NCBI GenBank assembly: GCA_964016885.1 | Contig: OZ024740.1 | Span: forward strand, 321,284,001-321,348,000 | DNA from: Eledone cirrhosa | Taxonomy: Eukaryota | Direction of reading: 5' to 3' | DNA length: 64,000 nt | In this document: piece after piece, positions 56,341 to 64,000 of the stretch | Numbering within the stretch: the stretch's first letter is position 1 | Layout: every line of letters starts with the position of its first letter | The notes under the pieces: model-generated | What the model was told of the DNA's origin: nothing | The model's input: the letters and a program-made list of their open reading frames with translations, nothing else | Database searches by the model: none | Translations under genes and position numbers: made by a program

Positions 56341-58513
56341 CTGAAAAATTATGAAGATTTAGTTGGAGTTATTTTAACACTGGTGTAAATTTTCAGGTTT
56401 TGATACTTCAAGTACTTCAACATAGGAAATATTTATGTTAACCACTAAATAAAACTAAATAACTGCTGTCACTTGCAATCAAGTATGAGTTGATATGTAC
56501 CATGTTTTTCATAGGAGTTACATGAGCCCATGTAGTGAAGAGCAGACCATCTTGTCCCTTGGTCCAATAGAACATCCAGGATATGAGAGAGAGACAGACA
56601 GAGAGGGAAACAGAGGCAGAGATCCAGATGGACAGAGAATGAGAGGGACACATACAAAGTTAGAGAGAGAAATAGAGATGGTTGCACCAGCACTGGGTTG
56701 GTATTTTCTTTATCAATGATAAAAGGCAAAATGGACCTTAGTGGAATTTAAACAGAGTACAGAGAGTTGGGACAAATAACACCACATATTCTGATGCTCA
56801 ACCAATTCTGTCAATTGCCCATCTTAAGTACAGAATATTATTGCCTTTGTTATAATAATTTATACTTTACTAATGGAAGCTTATTTAATGTCCCCCAAGT
56901 AGTTTACTGGTGCCAAACAATGTTTAAATGTTCTGAATTCAAATGTTGATATTGACTTAAAGCATTATCAATATACTAAAGAGGACCCAATTACCTTTCC
57001 CTACAAATGTGAGACTAAAAATATGCCCTTCAAATCCTTATTGTATGCTAGCAGGGAAAATGGACATTAAACAATGACGATGATGTGCAAGTTTATTTAA
57101 CAAACCCAAGAAGTTTATTGGTATGAGACAAAATGCAGAATAATGTTTAGATGTTCTGAATTCAAATGTAGTTGATGTTAACTGCCTCCCATTTCTGTTA
57201 GGCTAATAAAGTAAATACCAACAATATACTGAGTTTGACCCAATCAACTTTAACCCGTTTCCATACAAATGTGAGACAAAAAACACGTCTTTTAAATTAT
57301 TTTTTAGGGAGGGAGGGGCTCTGGGTCTAGGATGCGGCGGTGTTAGGGCTGCGCCCCGCGGATACTTCCTGCAACTGCCACGAGTTTATTTACAATGTAA
57401 GAAATAAATTAGTATTACTTCAGTGGTGAATAGTTGACAGCATTTCATAAAACGCCCAGATGGCATTGAGTTACATCTCTTTATGTTCTGAGTTTAAATT
57501 CCATCAAGATAGACTTTGCTTTACATCCTCCGGCAAGTGGAGGGTGAAATACTAGTCAACAAGTATTAGGGTCGATATAAGTGACTACATCCCTTACTCA
57601 GAAATAGATCGGTTTGTTGTGAATAATGATGACAATAAAAATATTATAGGGTGAATAACCAAGAGATGTATGGTAGAAGGTGGTGATATTAAAATACAGT
57701 ATGACAGTGGTGGAGATGGAGAATAGTGGTGTCAAAAAACCATTGCAAGAGTGAATAATGCTATATACATTATACGTATATACAATAATAGCCTATATAT
57801 TATAGAATATATATAATAACACTATATATTATATATATAGTAATAACCGTCTATATAATATACGATTATACAATAGCATTATATACTGTACAATATATAC
57901 AATAATAGCCTATTTAATATAAAATATATATACAATAAAATTATATATTATATGATATATACAATAATAATCTATATATGATATATACAGTAATAGTCTA
58001 TATAATATGTGGTATTTACAATAAGTTTATATATTATATGCTATATATATATATACAATAATATTCTATAATATATATATACTAATATCGTGTGTATCCT
58101 GGGTTTTTTTTAATAGGTACGCTGGATCGCTGCGTGTCGTAAGAAGCGACTAAAAGGGTTGGTGACAGGAAGGAAGTGCTGCTGAAAAACATTGCCTCAA
58201 AAAGTCCCGTCCAACCCATGCCAGCATGGAAAGGTTGACATAAAACGATGACATATTTACAATAATAGTCTACATATTATATGATATATACAATAATAAC
58301 CTATATTAAGACATGTTATAATAGTTAATATGTTATGTGATGTATACAATATAATAACAGTATATACGATATAATATATGATATAAATAATATTAAATCT
58401 ATTGTTGTTGGCTGGGATAATGATTGGAAGATCGGCGGATCCATTCATAGCTAAGTATTGAAATATGATAAAACAAGAAAAGTATATTAAAATATAGAGA
58501 GGAAGCTTCCTAC

Positions 58514-58636
58514 CTCCTCTGAACAATCTACTTTGAGATATTCTACATAATCAGATATTAATTCCTCTGTAAAGGTTGTGGAAGGTGTGTTTTTAATTGC
58601 AGACACCTGCTCAACTTCACCTTGTTTAGAAGACAT
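58514..58636 (-). CDS. BLOC1S4: BLOC1S4-like coding exon 1
   Basis: MSSKQGEVEQVSAIKNTPSTTFTEELISDYVEYLKVDCSEE|GTAGGA, phase 0, in frame with exon 2. Total protein is 168 aa. Confidence 0.8.
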
Positions 58637-58786
58637 AATTACAGGAGAGTTACAGAAACAATTATTTTGCCTCCACTTGTGAAGAGTTACACATTCACCC
58701 GGTGTAAAGATTGCAAATTATCCTTGCTTTATACTACCGCTAGGCGTGATGTTGAATTATCGCTGCTTGACCCTCCCTCTCAATAT

Positions 58787-59250
58787 CTTCTTCTTCGCCC
58801 ACTTATTCCTGAGAGGGTCGTGGGGGCAGAGTCGTCAAACACTTCCTCCAGCGGGGCCTGTCAGAAGCAACCGTCTCCAAATGATCCGGCTGGATCCCCA
58901 AGCGTGACCAGCCATGCTCATGGATGTTATCCAACCATCTTGCTCGGAGTCTACCCCGGGGTCTCCTACCTGTTGGTTTCGCCCGTAAAAATCTGTCCAG
59001 CGATTCGTTCCTGAGACATTCTAACCACATGCCCGTATTATCAGAGTTATCATCTCTCGATTCATAGAAGTATTGGCTCTACCTGGAGTGACTCTCTTAC
59101 CCCCGAGCTATGCACTTTAGCGAGTAACGATTACTCCAAAGACCCTTCGGAGGAACCCCATTTCGGCCGCTTGTATCGTATTCTTTCAGTCATTACCCAA
59201 GATTCATGAACATAGGTAAGGGTTGGCACGAACACTGAATTGAAATATAA
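58787..59250 (-). mobile_element. RTE-like LINE 3' fragment with (GAA)n tail; related piece at about 61505-61715
   Basis: AKPTGRRPRGRLRARWLD, QAAEMGFLRR. Confidence 0.7.
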
Positions 59251-59254
59251 CAAT

Positions 59255-59960
59255 TTCAAATTATCAGCCCGGTGTAGTGATTTCATCCCTGCGCTTCATT
59301 CTATATTACCCTGGTGTAATGAACAGTTTCTTTATTAGTTATATATTAAATAACGTTACAAATGGCATTTTAAATTGTCCCTTTGCTTCATCCCGCACCA
59401 CCACCACCACTACCGACGTAACAAATTTAAATTACTCCTTTATTTACACCCTCTTTTCTTCACCTTACCTTCTGATCTAGTAATTTCATCTCTACTTCAC
59501 CCTCTTCTCTTTGTAACAATTTCAAATTACCCTTGTTTCACCCCACCTCCCATTGTAACAGTTTTAAATTACTTGCCTGGTGTAGTGATTTCAACCCTAC
59601 TTCAGTCTACCTACCAGTGTAGGGATGTCAAGTTATCCCTGCTTCATCTTACTCTCAGTCCATATAACGATTTAAAATTACCCCTTACTTCATCCTACCT
59701 ACTTGTGTAGTGACTTCATCCCTGCTTTACCCTACTCTCCGGGTGTAGCAATTTTAAATTACCCTTACTTCACCCTACTTCTCTTGTAGCAATTTTAAAT
59801 TACCCTTACTTCACCCTACTTCTCTTGTAGCAATTTTAAATTACCCTTACTTCATCTTTAACCTTCCTGTCCAGTAATTTTAAATACCCTTTTACTTTCC
59901 CTTCTCGTTGTAGCAGTTTCAAAAGAACCTCACTTCACTCTATCTCTTGGTAACTTGAAA
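59255..59960. repeat. Degenerate ~39-bp minisatellite
   Basis: Units of GTAGCAATTTTAAATTACCCTTACTTCACCCTACTTCTCTT. Confidence 0.8.
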
Positions 59961-60779
59961 TTGTGTTCAAATTACCAGGAAGTTGGATGAAATCAAATTT
60001 AAGTTACTCCTAGGGATAGTGTGAAGGTAATTATATATTAGCCCCTCAAATTATTCTCCATTATCATTTGGCGGTGGATTGGCAGTATCGGTAGAGGGTC
60101 GGACGCCATGCTTTGACGCATAGAGTTACTGCCTTTGCCATTCTGAGTTCAAATCCCGCCGAGGTTAACTTTGCCTTTCATCCTTACAGGGTCGATAAAA
60201 TAAAGTGCCAGTAATACACTGAGATAATTGCTGGCCTTGTGCCTAAAGTAGAAACAATTATCATTTGGCAGAATTGGTAGAGCGTTGGACAACATGCTTA
60301 GTGGCATAGAGTTATAGACCCTTTATGTTCTGAGTTCAAATCTCGCTGAAGTTAGATTTACCTTTCATCCTTATGGAGGTCGATAAAATAAAGTACCAAT
60401 AAAACACTGGGGTCGATTTAAAAGACTTTCATCTCTCCCCAAATTGCTGGTGTTGTGCCTATAGTAAAAATCATTATCATTTGGCCATTGTGGTTAATAA
60501 AATGATTGATGGACTGACAGAATCAGAAGAGCGTCAGAAAAAATGCTTTGCTGTATTTATTACATTGAGTTCAAATCCCACCAAAGTTAAATTTATCTTT
60601 CATCTTTCTGAGGTCAATAAAATATGGTACCAATCAAGTACTGGTATCAATCTAATTGACTCCACCATCCCTCCAAATATCTGGCCTTGTATATAAATTA
60701 GAAATTATTATTATAGAAATTATAATTCATAGAATCAGAACAAGAAAAAAATTATATTTCAACTAAGATTATTCAGATT

Positions 60780-61503
60780 CTTCATCTCTTATATCAGCCA
60801 AGCTCAAGCACTGCTCACACGTGTCGAGGTTGAATCAGGCAAAATAGGACGGAATCATGCACTACAATCAGGTTGATCTAGCTCCAGTTCTTGCTAAGGA
60901 CGGTACAACAATCAAAACAGTTCAGAACTTTAAGTATCTTGGTGCATGGATGCACAGCTCACGCAAGGACTTTGAAGTCAGAAAAGCATTAGCATGGTTG
61001 GCATGCTACACGCTACTGAAGGTGTGGAAGTCCGACCTAAACCGCAAAATCAAGGAGCGCCTCTTCCTAGCAACTGTTGAGTCTGTCCTGCTTTACGGTA
61101 GTGAAACGTGGACTATTGACAAAGTGCTATGCAAGAGACTTGACAGATGTTACACAAGGATGTTGAGAATGGCTCTCAACATTTCTTGGAAACAAAAGTT
61201 GACAAATAAGGAACTATACAGATCTCTACCACCAGTCTCAAAAAAAGTTGCCTGCAGACGAATGAAACTGGCTGGGCACTGCATCCATTATCCAGGAGAG
61301 ACAGCATCGCAACTTGTGCTCTGGAAACCAACAGTCAGACGAAGAAGCATGGGAAGACAGGTTGTCTCATTCATTGATACCCTGCTGAGAGATGCCAACA
61401 TAGATAACATCGATGAACTGAGAAATGTCATGCTCAACCGGCACGATTGGAGAAAGCGTGCTGAATCTTTGCGAGTGTAAACTCAGTCGTAGTAGTAGTA
61501 GTA
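60780..61503 (+). mobile_element. RTE-group LINE 3' fragment with (AGT)n tail
   Basis: FKYLGAW, LFLATVESVLLYGSETW, KLAGHC. Confidence 0.8.
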
Positions 61504-62369
61504 ATGGGGGCAGTCCTCAAACACTGCTTTCAGCAGGACCTGTCAGAAGCAACCTTTTCAAATTGATTCAGCTGGATCCCCAAGCCAGACCAGCCAAGCT
61601 CATGGATGTTATCCAACCTTCTTGCTCAGGGTCTACTTCTGGGTCTCCTGCCTATTGGTTTTGCCCATAAAATCTGTCCAGCGATTCTTTCCTGGGACAT
61701 TCTAGCCACATGCATCTCTTTAATAGAGGCTGTTTGGGACAGGTTGCTATTTAAAGGGTTAAGTAATTAGACTAGGTTACCAAGTATAACAAAATCAGCA
61801 TTTGGCATTTAGGAGTTTTTAAAACAATGGTAAACTAGTCAACAGCTGCTTTTTAAATTACGAATAAAGTAAGCTGATGACACAATCAAATGCATTCTCC
61901 TCATATTTATCATGCACACAGACACACACTGTTTTATTTCCTATTTCTCTCACGTGTTTTTTAAAATCACTGCCTCTGTCTCTCTCACTATATAAACAAA
62001 CGGGAGCCCACATGCTGGTTGCATCTCATATATCCAAAATATGAAAATTTCAAGCTGCTTGTTTTGCTTTGTTTCCATGGGAATATAGTAAACATAGAAT
62101 GGTTGAATTGTTAAGAGATTCACTTCACAATCATTATATCCTGGGTTCAATCCCACTGTGTGGCATCTTCGGCAAATATAATTTACCATAGACTTATGTT
62201 AACCCAAGCCTTGTGAATAAAATTGGAATCCCATCAGGTGGACTGTACTTGTGATTCAAAGGACCAGCCTTGTTACACAGCCTCCCTGAGAATTTACATT
62301 ACTCTATATTTACTATTATATTTTTACAGTAAAGGCTTTACATAATTATCTCACATAATATCGAATCTA

Positions 62370-62650
62370 TGAGATAGGCACATAACCATTGGTGAGCTAG
62401 CACCAAAGATCAGAGTTAGCTATGGTTGTGCTCACAACATTATTGAGTCACTCGGATATTCAAAAGTGTGTGCCTGCTAGGTATCGAGACAACTGACAGA
62501 TGAGCACAAGACTAAAAGGGTTAACTTTTGCACGGAACTCCTTGAAATCAGTGAAAGAGACAAAACCTTCTTTCAAAGGTTCATAACTGGTGATGAAACA
62601 TGGATTCATCATTATAAACCAAAAAGACAATCACTGGAATGGCATTATCT
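62370..62650 (+). mobile_element. Mariner transposase relic
   Basis: LGYSKVCAC*VSRQLTDEHK (decayed WVPRxL) and FITGDETWIHHY. Confidence 0.8.
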
Positions 62651-64000
62651 GAACATCATTTTTCCTCCCCTTTCTATGCTGGTATGAGTTAGACAGCTGA
62701 CACGATCAGAAACCAGACAGGTCAAAGCAACCTATCTTCTTTGTTTCATCCCATATTTGGCATGGCTTTACAGAGTGAACATATTAATTAAATATTTTGG
62801 TAAATGAGATAGCTTGGATGTAAAAATCAGTGTAAGTTTAAATTAAAATTATTCATACTTTCAATGTATTATATAAACATAAATATCCATTGATTTATTA
62901 TGACTAAAATTTAGTGCAAATCAAAATTAAATAGGGTTTGGAATTTAAAAAATTATATCATACAGCTGTAAACACCATTATACATCATTTGATTGTAGTA
63001 CATCAGCAGTTTGACTAAATATAGAATATATATACTATATATACACTGTAAAGACATTCTTCAGTCTGTAACATGTTTTATTAATTAGATATGTTACGTT
63101 GGCATTATGAAGGCTATCCAGCTATAGAAACCATGCCACTAATGGAACATATGAGCAATACATGGTCACTTGACCTGCCTAGCCTCAGAAGGTGACAACC
63201 CATCTAACATATGCAAGCATGGAAAATAGACATTAAATAACAATAATTGTTTCTACTTTTAGTACAAGGCCAGCAATTACCCGTGCATTATCGGTGCTTT
63301 ATTTTACCGCAATAATGATGACCATCATATTTCAGTCAATGCAGTAATTCTCTTCTGAATTACTATACATCCTATTAAAAGGTGAACAGAAATGGAAGTT
63401 ATATTCTCTTGATGAAGAAGACAAATTTAACCAAACATGTCCTCCTTAATGTTACTACACTATTGGTATTTTAACAGTGCAGTGTATATATATATATATA
63501 TCATTATCATCACCATTTAACACCCATTTTTCCACGCTATATATGTGGTTGGTGTTAGTAAGGGCATCCAGCTGTAAAAACCCTGGGCAAATTTACAGAC
63601 TTGTCAAAGCAAGGTACAGTGTGGCTAATCCTATCCAGACTTGTCTCTCGATGCAGATGACCCTTCTGCCTCATGCAAGCATGGAAAAATGGATGTTAAA
63701 CGGTGATGATGATGATGATGATGATTATATATATACATAGAGAAAAGAAGTTGAAATTGCAATTGGAGTATTTAAGAAGGTGTTTATTTACAATAATTTA
63801 TAACTTAACCAGTTTCACAAGTTTCATGATTTTCAAAAGTTAAGAGGGATGGAGAAATGTGTGGCTATGCAGACTACCTTAGCAGCCAGCCTCCAGAAGA
63901 CATTGCCCACAAAGTCTTATTAGGATTATGCTTAGCAAGAAGTAGAGGAGGGTTTGGCATTTTGGATGGAGTGAGGGACAGAACAGATATGCACATGAGA

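Noticed and set aside
60070-60260. tRNA gene
   Set aside because: A/B-box-like motifs belong to multi-copy SINE heads; no cloverleaf.

Overview
Eukaryotic, AT-rich, repeat-dense genomic DNA. It is most likely from an octopod cephalopod, inferred from the SINE/RTE repertoire and the huge microsatellites. Two host genes lie on the minus strand: coding exon 1 of a calbindin-32/calretinin-type EF-hand gene (9117-8991) and a complete 5-exon, 168-aa BLOC-1 subunit 4 (cappuccino/BCAS4-like) gene (58636-51402). The rest is mobile DNA and repeats: Naiad-type Penelope-like elements (PLEs), CRE, Tx1, R4/Dong-like and RTE LINE fragments, Helitrons, a mariner relic, MITEs, SINEs, a 5-kb (GTTGGTGGT)n satellite and multi-kb (TA)n-CAG arrays. 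The main unannotated signal is a dense set of type-I hammerhead ribozymes (HHRs) from at least six unrelated sequence families, two with the U3-A8 core variant. They sit in short non-coding elements, mostly inserted in (TA)n, in tandem (108 and 591 nt period) and fold-back arrangements, which suggests a PLE-driven retrozyme/circRNA system. All folds and alignments were made by eye. Most entries in the ORF track are microsatellite artefacts.
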